Source: Aminipila sp. (GTDB lineage: Bacteria; Bacillota; Clostridia; Peptostreptococcales; Anaerovoracaceae). From it: a DNA stretch of 64,000 nt. The stretch covers positions 68,260 through 132,259 of the forward strand of contig DAMCXN010000001.1 in assembly GCA_032096995.1 (NCBI GenBank), in the 5' to 3' direction. Made by a program: the position numbers and the translations under genes. Below the pieces are notes generated by a model. That model worked only from the letters and a program-made list of their open reading frames with translations, had not been told where the DNA came from and did no database searches. This document shows, piece by piece, positions 1 through 9,527 of the stretch (within the stretch, counting starts at the first letter, position 1; the number at the start of each line of letters is the position of its first letter).

Positions 1-741
1 ATCTAAAGTATATTTGGTTGCATCATTCTTAGCGATGTATATTTCTACACGCCTATTTTTTGCCCTATCTTCTTCCGTTACAAAAGAAGCAATAGGGTAA
101 TGCTGTCCATATCCCATAGAAAACAATTTTTTACCATCAATTAACTTTTTAGTTTCAATATAAACTAAAACCTCAGTAGCTCTATTAGATGACAGGAATC
201 TATCACCAGCTATTGGGTTTGGCTTATTTGGGTCTGCTTGATTGGTATGTCCCATTATTCGCATTTCTCCAACTTGAGCCGCTACTGGTGCAATAGAGTC
301 ACATAATACATCAAGTATCTCCTTGCCTTCTTGTCTTAATATGTAGCTATCACCATTAAAGAAAATATTGTTTCTAAAAACGATAAAAGTAAAATCTTTT
401 CCTTTTTTTACTTCAATACTTTCTTGTAAATTATTTTCCTCTACATACTCTTTCATGGTCCAGAAAATTTGATCAAAGTTTTCCTTCTCCGTCATCAAAC
501 CTCCAGCCTCTTGTCCTACTGCTTGTTGACCCTTTTCATTTTCTGGTTCTTCTTGAACCAGTTGAGTTATATTTTGGGCAGCAGCCGGATTGAAACTTTT
601 TACTATCATAATCCATTTCTGAGCATCTACAGTGGAGATAGAAAAAAGTAACACGAAAAAGCATAATAGCAAAGTTACCATGTCTCCATAAGTATCCATC
701 CAATTATTTTTAGGAGTTTCATGCTTTTTTCTGTTAGCCAT
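1..741 (-). CDS. motB: Flagellar motor stator protein MotB (OmpA-like C-terminus), runs off the left edge
   Basis: Not in the ORF track. Manual translation from ATG at 741 gives MANRKKHETPKNNWMDTYGDMVTLLLCFFVLLFS (MotB W..Y.D..TLL..FF motif). GGAGG RBS upstream; follows motA. Confidence 0.95.
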   Translation of the reverse strand, partial: MANRKKHETPKNNWMDTYGDMVTLLLCFFVLLFSISTVDAQKWIMIVKSFNPAAAQNITQLVQEEPENEKGQQAVGQEAGGLMTEKENFDQIFWTMKEYVEENNLQESIEVKKGKDFTFIVFRNNIFFNGDSYILRQEGKEILDVLCDSIAPVAAQVGEMRIMGHTNQADPNKPNPIAGDRFLSSNRATEVLVYIETKKLIDGKKLFSMGYGQHYPIASFVTEEDRAKNRRVEIYIAKNDATKYTLD

Positions 742-797
742 ACTATCCTCCCTGCTTTAATATCTAAAAATATATACTAATCCTATTGACTCTACTG

Positions 798-1577
798 TTA
801 ATTTGCTTCAGCCAAGTCTGCCTTATCAGTTTCTGACAAATAGGAAATTAATTTCTCCCTAATAAATTTTGGATTTTCACCAGATTGTATAGATAAAATT
901 CCTTCAACAATCATTTGCTTACATAACATCTCTTCAGCATGTCTTGCTTTAAGTTTATTTGCTATTGGTGAAAAAAACAAATTGGCAAATAGTGAACCAT
1001 AAAAAGTAGTAATAAGCGCTGTAGACATGGCTGGTCCAATATCACCTGCACCTCCACCTTCAATATTCAGATTTTTTAGCATATTAATTAAACCAATCAA
1101 TGTACCTATCATTCCAAAAGCAGGACAAGTGCCAGCCGCCAATTCATAAAAACCAAAACATTTGGCGTGTCTCTCATCTAAATAATTTAACTCATCTTCC
1201 ATTAGCTGCTTTACTTTATCTGAGTCAATAGCATCAACAATCAAAAGTACACTATCCTTTAAAAACGTATCTTCTAATTCTTCAGCCCTCGATTCTAATG
1301 AAAGCAAGCCATTTTTTCTTGCCGATTGGGCTAGATCTACGATCAGTTCAATATAAGCTTTAGGATCGTATTTTTTCCCACCAATAGCAATTTTAAGATG
1401 TTTAGGGATACCTTTTAAAACTTCTCCAGGAGTTGCAGCAACTAACGATGCCAAAGTTCCTCCGATAGTAATAGCAAAGCTCGCCGGCTCTATAAAGTTC
1501 CCAATTTCTGAAAAACCTATACCAAAAATGATAAGACCCATTCCTGATACTATTCCTAATATAGTAGCTATATCCAT
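798..1577 (-). CDS. motA: Flagellar motor stator protein MotA
   Basis: Motifs ARKNGLLSLE, PAFGMIGTLIGLI and ALITTFYG. Confidence 0.97.
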   Translation of the reverse strand: MDIATILGIVSGMGLIIFGIGFSEIGNFIEPASFAITIGGTLASLVAATPGEVLKGIPKHLKIAIGGKKYDPKAYIELIVDLAQSARKNGLLSLESRAEELEDTFLKDSVLLIVDAIDSDKVKQLMEDELNYLDERHAKCFGFYELAAGTCPAFGMIGTLIGLINMLKNLNIEGGGAGDIGPAMSTALITTFYGSLFANLFFSPIANKLKARHAEEMLCKQMIVEGILSIQSGENPKFIREKLISYLSETDKADLAEAN

Positions 1578-1603
1578 TTACTTCTCCTATGTAGACACCA
1601 AGA

Positions 1604-1855
1604 TTAACAATTATTCTCAGTCATTTGTGCCAAACGTCTTTTTGCTTTTAAATAGCATTCTTTATCTACTACTCTAGCATTAAACTCTATAATTTCATTA
1701 ACAATTTCTTCAAAAGATTCTTTAACTAAATAATAATCCTTGTTAGTTAATACAATCTTTGATTCTGGTATTGATTCAATAATTTGAATCTGGTTGTGGT
1801 TCAATAAGAACTCTACTCCATTTAGTTTTGTAAGTTTTATCATTTTCTCACTCAC
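1604..1855 (-). CDS. flbD: Flagellar FlbD family protein (ATG at 1843 is a possible start)
   Basis: MIKLTKLNG..F.LN...I..IE..P motif; lies between flgE and motA. Confidence 0.9.
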   Translation of the reverse strand: MSEKMIKLTKLNGVEFLLNHNQIQIIESIPESKIVLTNKDYYLVKESFEEIVNEIIEFNARVVDKECYLKAKRRLAQMTENNC

Positions 1856-1906
1856 TTTTTTTAATTTTATGGAGGAGTATTTTAGACCCCTCCATAATTA
1901 AATTGT

Positions 1907-2935
1907 CTATCGTTTCATGTTTACTAATTCTTCAAGCATTGTGTCTGTTACTGTAATTATTCTTGTATTCGCTTGAAATCCTCTTTGGGTTGTAATTAAA
2001 TCTGTAAATTCTTTAGATAAATCTACATTTGACATTTCCAAATATCCTGCTTGAATTGTACCTGTAGAATTTTGTCCTGATGGATTTACTGTTATCTTTC
2101 CAGTATTTCCTTTTGCTGAATAATATGAATTCTCGCCTCTTTCAAGAGCATTTGGATTTGGTACATTTGCCAGTGCAATCTGACCAATTAAAACTGATTC
2201 ATTATCGTCATTTGTTCCAACAATGCTTCCATCTTTACCTATAGTAATATTCTTCAATTCCATAGGCTCATATTTAGTCGCATCAGTACTTTTATTTGGA
2301 AGTCTAAGTGCTGTAACCTTACTATCATCTATTATGTATTCTCCTGTAGCATCAGCTCCTGTATTTCCACTAGTATCAGCTTTATATTCACTTAAAAATC
2401 CATATACCATTCTGCCATTTGAATCAACAAGGTTTCCAGCTCCATCAAAATTGAAAATACCAACCCTTGTCATATTAAGAGCAGTGATTGATTGTTGATC
2501 AACTTCTCCTGCCTTTAAAGCCTCTTCATCCGTAGGATCAAGAGGGTTCCCCTGATCATCCTTGCCATTTTTTACAGCAATGCCCTTTAATGTCCCATCA
2601 TCTTCCTGTCCAGGTCTTAATCCAACAAGGAAAAACCCATTTCCTACGATCATACAGTCAGTAGGATTATCAGTAGCCGCTGTTCCTCCACCAGTCATAA
2701 TGGAATCAATAGAGCCCAACTTTGAACCATAACCAACCTGCGAAGGGTTAGTTCCCCCAAAAGTATCTCCAGGTTCCCCTGCTCCTGACGAAGTAGCATA
2801 AAAAACATCTCTAAAAGTTGCTCTTGCTGTTTTATATCCATAAGTATTAACATTAGCAATGTTGTTGCCAATTACGTCCATCTTAGCTTGATGTGCGCGA
2901 AGGCCTGCTACTGCAGCAAACATTGATTTAACCAT
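1907..2935 (-). CDS. flgE: Flagellar hook protein FlgE (FlgE/F/G family)
   Basis: N-terminal GNNIANVNTYGYK, C-terminal LEMSNVDLSKEFTDLITTQRGFQAN; follows flgD and TIGR02530. Confidence 0.9.
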   Translation of the reverse strand: MVKSMFAAVAGLRAHQAKMDVIGNNIANVNTYGYKTARATFRDVFYATSSGAGEPGDTFGGTNPSQVGYGSKLGSIDSIMTGGGTAATDNPTDCMIVGNGFFLVGLRPGQEDDGTLKGIAVKNGKDDQGNPLDPTDEEALKAGEVDQQSITALNMTRVGIFNFDGAGNLVDSNGRMVYGFLSEYKADTSGNTGADATGEYIIDDSKVTALRLPNKSTDATKYEPMELKNITIGKDGSIVGTNDDNESVLIGQIALANVPNPNALERGENSYYSAKGNTGKITVNPSGQNSTGTIQAGYLEMSNVDLSKEFTDLITTQRGFQANTRIITVTDTMLEELVNMKR

Positions 2936-3048
2936 CTATTTTCTCCTTTCAGATCCGTGCTGAAAAGTATCAGTCCATACATTTCATAACCTCCATAAAT
3001 GGTCCAGTTATTATACACGGTTGCTATACTAAATTGTCTATTTACGAT

Positions 3049-3477
3049 TTACAATATCACTGCTCCATCAATATTTGTAAAAACATTATCTCGCATTTCA
3101 CTACCAGACATTGTTGTTACTACCGTTTTATTAGGTACATTAACAATGAAAGCATTCATTGAATCAAATATAATTACGTCTTTTGCTCCTTTAGCGTCTG
3201 CTTTTTTTACAGCGTCATTTAAATCATTCATCAACTCTGGAGTTAAATCTATTCCCCTTTGTGATACTCTTTCTTTAGCATGCTTTGAAAATTGTAAACC
3301 TTCATTTTTATCTGCTCCGCTGTTTTTATCAAGTTGTTCTTTTAAAAGAGTTCCAAAATCCGCGCCTATTGGTGTAACGCCAATATTGTTTTTTAACTTG
3401 TTAATATTGTTTATGTTTTTATTGCCTACCAATGGGTTAATGTTCTGATAGTTATTTCCTACCTTAATATCAGTCAT
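3049..3477 (-). CDS. Flagellar operon protein, TIGR02530 family
   Basis: LQFSKHAKER..RGI and VFTNIDGAVIL motifs; GGGGG RBS before ATG at 3477. Confidence 0.9.
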   Translation of the reverse strand: MTDIKVGNNYQNINPLVGNKNINNINKLKNNIGVTPIGADFGTLLKEQLDKNSGADKNEGLQFSKHAKERVSQRGIDLTPELMNDLNDAVKKADAKGAKDVIIFDSMNAFIVNVPNKTVVTTMSGSEMRDNVFTNIDGAVIL

Positions 3478-3505
3478 TCTTATCACCCCCATATTTTTAA
3501 TTTAT

Positions 3506-4072
3506 TTAGTCATTGTTCTCACTCTCGGTACTATTTGTATCATTTTCACTTTGATTTCCCGCTGTTGTTTCATCTTCAGTAGGATCCGAGCTCTCTTCTC
3601 CAGTTGGTACATCTCCAACAAGCATTATTTGGTTTAAAGAAAAAGCTTTTTCTCCAATATAAACTACAGGTTCTCCTTCAAATAAAGTTACGCCAGTAAT
3701 AACACCCTTAGTAGTAACAAGCTTATCTGTTGTTCCCGTGGAATCAGTAACTTTCTCAATCTGTGCCGCAGTCACTTCTTTTCCTATCAATGATGCTGCA
3801 TAAGAAGTGGTATTCATAGCATATATATTTTCTTGAAGTGAAACCATGTTCTGTATGGCTTGTATTTGTGAGTATTGGGCCATTTGCTTTGTCATTTCAG
3901 AGCTATCAGTTTGATTATACATATCTTGATTTTTTAATTGTGCAACAAGCAATGTTAACCAGTCTGTAGTCTGTAAATCTAAATCAGTCTTCATTGAGTT
4001 ACTCGTACTTTTATCTGTTGTAATTGATTTTAACGAATCTAAAATTCTATCATTAATCGTAGTTCCAGCCAA
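3506..4072 (-). CDS. flgD: Flagellar hook capping protein FlgD (TTG start)
   Basis: LLVAQLKNQD..N..DSSEM..QMAQYSQI and AASLIGKEV motifs. Confidence 0.92.
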   Translation of the reverse strand: MAGTTINDRILDSLKSITTDKSTSNSMKTDLDLQTTDWLTLLVAQLKNQDMYNQTDSSEMTKQMAQYSQIQAIQNMVSLQENIYAMNTTSYAASLIGKEVTAAQIEKVTDSTGTTDKLVTTKGVITGVTLFEGEPVVYIGEKAFSLNQIMLVGDVPTGEESSDPTEDETTAGNQSENDTNSTESENND

Positions 4073-4086
4073 GCTGATTCCTCCTT

Positions 4087-5277
4087 TTAAACGGCTTGTT
4101 CAAATTCATCCAGCAATCCCAGTCTAAGCTTATCTGCAAATGAAAAATCTTCGTTTAGATGCTTTTCTTGTTTTTGCTGCTGATTTTGTTGATTATTACT
4201 TTGTTCTTGAAAATTATCCCTATCAAATTGACCTTCTGTCGTAACTGCTTCCTTTACATTAACGGTACTGTTTAAGTTTGTATTATTTTCTAATATGCTC
4301 TTTAATGCATCTACATGTTGAGAAAGCAATTGATGTGCTTTAGAGTTTGAAGTAGTCATAATTAAGTCAGCACCACCATTTTGGAATATAAGTTTAACAT
4401 TTACTTTTCCTAAATTCTTTGGATAAAGTTCTAAATCAAATTCTTGTTTTCCATTACTTAGTTTGTACAAAATTTTATCTGCTAACTGGTTTGCCATATC
4501 TGTTCTTGTTGTGTTAACAGGGGTTTCGCCAACTTTAATGTTAATCTTTGATAAATCTAAATTACTTGAATTAATCAAATTCGCCTCTTTAGGAGTCTCT
4601 TGATTTTTCTCTAAAGAATTTTCTATTTCTTCTCCAAAATTTTGTCCATTTAACGTTTTTTCTAGATTAGTTACTTCTTTAGCCTGATTTCCAACTAGCA
4701 TTTCCTCTTTAGGTTGTAAAGTAATCATAGGTTGTTTTTGTTCTTCTCCACCTTGTTTTAATTTCAATAAGGCTGCTTTAACTAAATCTACATTATTTTG
4801 AGGGGTCAATAAAGTCTTTCCTTCTTTCAATCCCAAGTCTTCATCCAGATTATTAACTAAATTCGAATTTAAGGATTGTCCCAATAAACTTTCACCTTCA
4901 GATATATCCTGCAAATTTTGTAAGCCATTACAGTTTTCTTCTAGTTCTTGCAAGCTAAGTCCGTTTTGAAGTTGTAACACTGCTAATTCTTGCATTCTCT
5001 TAATAGAGTTATCATCTTGTTTTCCAGACTCTGTTACCTCATCAAAATTTTGCTCTTTTTTGTCCTTGATTTGGTCATCTTTCAGATTCTTTTTAAAAGA
5101 AGACTTCGTATCTTTATGTACATTTCTAGAAGAATTTTCTTCTTTGTTAAAAGCTTTATCTATTTCCTTTTTAAAAGAACTTTTAGACTCATTGCCTTGG
5201 TTTACCTTCTGTGTCACTGTTTCTCTTACAGCACTAGTACTTCCACTTAGTGTTTGAAAAAACACTCCTGCATTCAT
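4087..5277 (-). CDS. fliK: Flagellar hook-length control protein FliK
   Basis: Low-complexity N-terminus; C-terminal LELYPKNLGKVNV motif; sits between fliJ and flgD. Confidence 0.88.
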   Translation of the reverse strand: MNAGVFFQTLSGSTSAVRETVTQKVNQGNESKSSFKKEIDKAFNKEENSSRNVHKDTKSSFKKNLKDDQIKDKKEQNFDEVTESGKQDDNSIKRMQELAVLQLQNGLSLQELEENCNGLQNLQDISEGESLLGQSLNSNLVNNLDEDLGLKEGKTLLTPQNNVDLVKAALLKLKQGGEEQKQPMITLQPKEEMLVGNQAKEVTNLEKTLNGQNFGEEIENSLEKNQETPKEANLINSSNLDLSKINIKVGETPVNTTRTDMANQLADKILYKLSNGKQEFDLELYPKNLGKVNVKLIFQNGGADLIMTTSNSKAHQLLSQHVDALKSILENNTNLNSTVNVKEAVTTEGQFDRDNFQEQSNNQQNQQQKQEKHLNEDFSFADKLRLGLLDEFEQAV

Positions 5278-5352
5278 TTCAAAACCTCCTTTCTATTAAA
5301 TTGTTAAGGTACATTATTAGTCTTATATAAACTAATAAATATATATCAAGCC

Positions 5353-5796
5353 TTATCTTTGGCTAGATAACGTATTAGATACAAATTCTTCAGTTGCAAG
5401 TTCTTCTTTTTTTCTTTCTTCTTTTATATATTCTTCAAATCTTTTTTCTCTAATTTTCTCAATGGACATAGCATCAGTTTTAGCTTGTACCAATTCAAGC
5501 CTCCTTCTATGTTCAATCTTTTTTAGAGATTTTAATTTGTCTTCTTCATTGGTTATTTTATTTTCTAGAATTTTTATGTATTTCTTATATCCTTGATATT
5601 CTAATATAGTAATACCATGACTATTTCTTAGGTTAAGTTCAGCATTTATATCGGCTAATTCCTTATTTATCTTTAGTATAATGTCATTTTGTTTACCTAC
5701 ATCTAACACAGCTTTAGCATATTTAGCTTTAGTATCATCTAAAGTAATGTTTCTGTATTTTTCAACAGATTTCAAAGAAAATTTAAACTTCCCCAT
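5353..5796 (-). CDS. fliJ: Flagellar export protein FliJ
   Basis: MGKFKFSLKSV..YR start, coiled coil, follows fliI. Confidence 0.9.
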   Translation of the reverse strand: MGKFKFSLKSVEKYRNITLDDTKAKYAKAVLDVGKQNDIILKINKELADINAELNLRNSHGITILEYQGYKKYIKILENKITNEEDKLKSLKKIEHRRRLELVQAKTDAMSIEKIREKRFEEYIKEERKKEELATEEFVSNTLSSQR

Positions 5797-5836
5797 AATA
5801 ATTCATTTTATACCTTTTTTCCTTCTTTTTCAACGC

Positions 5837-7141
5837 TTATTCCAAAATTCTAGTCATACCTTCTAGCACATCATCATAGCTATAAAACTCTGTGGTTCCC
5901 TGCTTTAAGAAAGAGTTAATAGCATCAATTTTAGATACTGCATTATCTAATTTAGCATTAGTCCCCAATTTATAGGCTCCTATGGATATCAAATCCGCAT
6001 TTTCTTCATAAACTGCAAGCATATCTCTTATTTTTGACGCCATAGCTTTATGATTTTCATCTACTATAGCTGCCATCAATCTAGAAATACTTCCTCCTAT
6101 CTCAATAGCCGGAAAATGATTTCTAGCTGCGAGTTTTCTCGACAAAATAATATGTCCATCTAAAATACCTCTTACGGTATCTGCTATAGGCTCATTTGTA
6201 TCATCACCTTCAACTAAAACAGTATATATACCTGTGATAGAACCACTTTCAAAATTTCCACTTCTTTCTAAAAGCTTAGGCATCTCAGCATAAATAGAAG
6301 GTGTATACCCCCTAGCTACAGGAGGCTCTCCAACTGCTAGTCCAATTTCTCTTTGTGCCATAGCAAACCTTGTTAATGAATCCATCATCAATAATACATC
6401 TTTACCTTGGTCTTTAAAATATTCTGCTATTGCAGTAGCTACAATAGGACATTTAGCTCTTTGAACTGCTGGTTGATCGGAAGTTGCAACCACAAGAACT
6501 GATCTAGCCATTCCTTCTGGTCCCAAATCTCTTTCAATAAATTCTTTAACTTCTCTTCCTCTTTCCCCAACTAAAGCAATTACATTTATGTCTGCCGAAG
6601 CTTGTTTAGCAATCATGCCTAACAAGGTACTTTTACCAACACCACTTCCTGCGAAAATACCTATTCTTTGGCCTTTGCCTACTGTAAGAAATCCGTCTAT
6701 AGCTTTTATTCCAAAATCTATTCTGTCAGTTATAGGTGGTCTACTTAATGGATTAATATAATTGTTTTCTACGCTCTTCATAACAGTTTGCTCAATTGTT
6801 CCTAATCCATCAATAGGTTCACCTATTGCATTAATTGTCCTTCCACAAAGAAAAGATCCTACAGGGATTCGAAGCCTATTTTTAGTGCTTCGAACAAAAT
6901 CCCCCGATCCCATTCCTTCAATAAAATCATAAGGCATTAATATAGTTTTATCACCTTTAAAGCCTACAACCTCTGCCATGACCTTTCTTTTTCCATCTTT
7001 TGAAGCAATAGTATTTATATCTCCAATACTTGCTTTTATACCAGAAGCCTCAATGCTCATACCTACAATGTTTTCTATCTTGCCTATATGCTCAAATGTT
7101 TCTGTGTTTTTTATAAGCTCTGATAGCCCTTTTAAATACAA
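5837..7141 (-). CDS. fliI: Flagellar export ATPase FliI (TTG start)
   Basis: Walker A GSGVGKST, ALVGERGRE, DSLTRFAMAQREIGL. Confidence 0.97.
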   Translation of the reverse strand: MYLKGLSELIKNTETFEHIGKIENIVGMSIEASGIKASIGDINTIASKDGKRKVMAEVVGFKGDKTILMPYDFIEGMGSGDFVRSTKNRLRIPVGSFLCGRTINAIGEPIDGLGTIEQTVMKSVENNYINPLSRPPITDRIDFGIKAIDGFLTVGKGQRIGIFAGSGVGKSTLLGMIAKQASADINVIALVGERGREVKEFIERDLGPEGMARSVLVVATSDQPAVQRAKCPIVATAIAEYFKDQGKDVLLMMDSLTRFAMAQREIGLAVGEPPVARGYTPSIYAEMPKLLERSGNFESGSITGIYTVLVEGDDTNEPIADTVRGILDGHIILSRKLAARNHFPAIEIGGSISRLMAAIVDENHKAMASKIRDMLAVYEENADLISIGAYKLGTNAKLDNAVSKIDAINSFLKQGTTEFYSYDDVLEGMTRILE

Positions 7142-7153
7142 GCCTTTGTCCTC

Positions 7154-8521
7154 CTATACTTTGTTATCTTTAACCACTTGTCTAATATTATCTAATTGAG
7201 TTCCTACACTAGCGTCAACTATTTGATCTGGTGATTCAATAATACAAGTTCCTGATGGTTCATCTTCCATTACAACCACCTTGACATTTGAAGAAATTTG
7301 GTTCAATGCATCTATTAAGCCTTTTTCTAAATTCATAGCAATAGACTTATCTTCCTGTGAAATATACACCTTTGCCCATGATTTTTGCCTACAGTCTTCC
7401 GCTGCTGCCACTATCATTTTGGCAACAACATCTTTACTTGATTTTAGACTAATTTTTATAACCTTTTCTGCAACATTAATAGACAAATCTGTTAATTCAT
7501 TTAAGTATTCATTTAACATTTCATTTTTCTTATTATCAAATTCCTTAATTGATAACTCTAATTCTTCTCTAAAGGCATTAGCTTCTTGTATCATGCCTTC
7601 ATTTACTGCATTTTCAGCAGCTAAAAATCCTTCATTTTGTCCTTTTTCAAACCCCTGAGAAAATCCTTTTTCAGAAGCTTCTTCCATAGCTTTATTTACT
7701 TGTTCATCTATAATTTGTTTAGCTTCTTTCTGTGCATTAAAGATAATCTCTTCTGCTTCCTTTTTAGCCTTTTCTAGGATTTCTTCTTTCTCTTTTTCTA
7801 TTTCTTTTCTAATTTCCTGTTTTGCTAATTCCTCTAGCTCTTTTTTTGTACCTTCTTCAACATTTTCATTAAAATCAGCTAAGGACTCAGGGTTATGGTC
7901 TTCATAGTCTTCCTTTGAAGGTTCCTCTCCTAAAATTAAAGCCTCATTTATTCTATATGGTTTAATATCTTTTTCATCTTCGTCGTCAAAGGATTTTAAA
8001 AAATAATTAGTTGGCATTATATCTTCTGGTTCATAACATTCACCATCAAAGATATTATTAGAATTGAAGCATTTGACCTCATATTCTTCACTTTCTTTTA
8101 TAAGTATCGTTTCTTCTGGTTCTTCCATTCCCGCCTTTATAGCATTATTAAAAATTGCTACTTTATCAAGCGAGTCATATCCATCATGAAACTCTTCATT
8201 ACGTAAATCTTCATCGAGCAAAAATTTTTCTTGAGTCTTGTTGAAAATATCTTTGCCTAAAATATTATTTACAAGGATTTTATTTTTCTCATCTTCTTCA
8301 ACTACTTTTTCTATGAGCTCTGCTTCAGGAGTTTGTTCAGAATCCTCCATCGCAACCTTTTTAAATTCCATCATTGCATCTTCTACAGCTTTGTCAGCTT
8401 CCGTAGATTCAGAATTTGTATGATTGCTTTCACGCTTAGCATAATCTATAGCTTCAGCTAGGCGTCTTTCTGCTCTTTCAAGTGCAGTAAGAACTTGAAA
8501 CCCCTCCTTGGTTTTACGCAA
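7154..8521 (-). CDS. fliH: Flagellar assembly protein FliH with a long acidic N-terminal extension (TTG start)
   Basis: GxxxG repeats (KGFSQGFEKGQNEGF), C-terminal GTCIIES....VDASV.TQL; sits between fliG and fliI. Confidence 0.85.
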   Translation of the reverse strand: MRKTKEGFQVLTALERAERRLAEAIDYAKRESNHTNSESTEADKAVEDAMMEFKKVAMEDSEQTPEAELIEKVVEEDEKNKILVNNILGKDIFNKTQEKFLLDEDLRNEEFHDGYDSLDKVAIFNNAIKAGMEEPEETILIKESEEYEVKCFNSNNIFDGECYEPEDIMPTNYFLKSFDDEDEKDIKPYRINEALILGEEPSKEDYEDHNPESLADFNENVEEGTKKELEELAKQEIRKEIEKEKEEILEKAKKEAEEIIFNAQKEAKQIIDEQVNKAMEEASEKGFSQGFEKGQNEGFLAAENAVNEGMIQEANAFREELELSIKEFDNKKNEMLNEYLNELTDLSINVAEKVIKISLKSSKDVVAKMIVAAAEDCRQKSWAKVYISQEDKSIAMNLEKGLIDALNQISSNVKVVVMEDEPSGTCIIESPDQIVDASVGTQLDNIRQVVKDNKV

Positions 8522-9527
8522 TTATCTCATCCTTTCCGCCCTTATTAATCATAAGTCTGCCTTCTTCTTCTAGACGTCTAATAACAGCAACTATTTTTTG
8601 TTGAGCTTCCTCAACATCCTTTAAGCGGACGTTATATGTAAATTCTAATTCACTTTTAACTGTTTCTGCCATACGGCTTGACATATTTGAGAAAATCATA
8701 TTTGAAACTTCCTGTGTAGATCCTTTTAAGGCATAAACTATATCCTGAGTTTCAACCTCTCTTAAGAATTCTTGTATTCCTCTATCATCAAGTAATACGA
8801 TGTCTTCAAATACAAACATCTTATTTCTAATATCATCAGCAAGTTTAATATCTTTTTTGCTCAATTCATCAAATATGTACTTTTCATTACCACGGTCAAT
8901 ATTGTTCATTACTTCGGCTATGTAATCTACGCCACCAACTTGTGCAAAATCCAAAGAAAGTACAGAAGCAAATTTTTTCTCTAATATGTTTTCAACAATT
9001 TTGATAGTCTCTGGTGAGGCACTATCCATTCTTGCAATACATTCTACAACTTTAACTTGCTTCTCTTTTGGCAATTCTGTTATTATCTCTGATGCCTGCT
9101 CTGACTTTGCATAGGACAAAATTAAAGCAATAGTCTGTGGTCTCTCATGTTGTATAATAGCAAAAAGATTTTTACTATCTGTTTTCCTAATAAAATCAAA
9201 TGCTCTTGTTTTTAAATTTCTAGTAACTCTTTCCAACAAAGTTGTAGCTGTTTGAGGTCCAAATGCCTTTTCTAAAACAGTTTTAGCATAATCAACCCCG
9301 CCCTCAGTAATTACTTTCTGTGTCAAACAAAGCTTATAAAAATCATCCATTGCCGCTTCTGTCTGCGTTGGTGTCACATGACTAAGTTTTGCTATCTCTA
9401 AAGTTAAGATTTCCAAATCTTCTTCACTTAGAAACTTGTATATTTTAGAAGCTCTCTCTGCACCAAGCGAAATAACTACAGCTGCGGCCTTTTGTTGAGG
9501 TGTCAAGCCATCAGTATCTTTATTCAT
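8514..9527 (-). CDS. fliG: Flagellar motor switch protein FliG
   Basis: QKAAAVVISLG, GGVDYAKTVL, HERPQTIALILS and MFVFEDI motifs. Confidence 0.97.
   Translation of the reverse strand: MNKDTDGLTPQQKAAAVVISLGAERASKIYKFLSEEDLEILTLEIAKLSHVTPTQTEAAMDDFYKLCLTQKVITEGGVDYAKTVLEKAFGPQTATTLLERVTRNLKTRAFDFIRKTDSKNLFAIIQHERPQTIALILSYAKSEQASEIITELPKEKQVKVVECIARMDSASPETIKIVENILEKKFASVLSLDFAQVGGVDYIAEVMNNIDRGNEKYIFDELSKKDIKLADDIRNKMFVFEDIVLLDDRGIQEFLREVETQDIVYALKGSTQEVSNMIFSNMSSRMAETVKSELEFTYNVRLKDVEEAQQKIVAVIRRLEEEGRLMINKGGKDEIIA

Noticed and set aside
469..651. 60-aa + strand ORF and the many other short antisense ORFs in the track
   Set aside because: They are shadow frames opposite well-supported genes (here motB).
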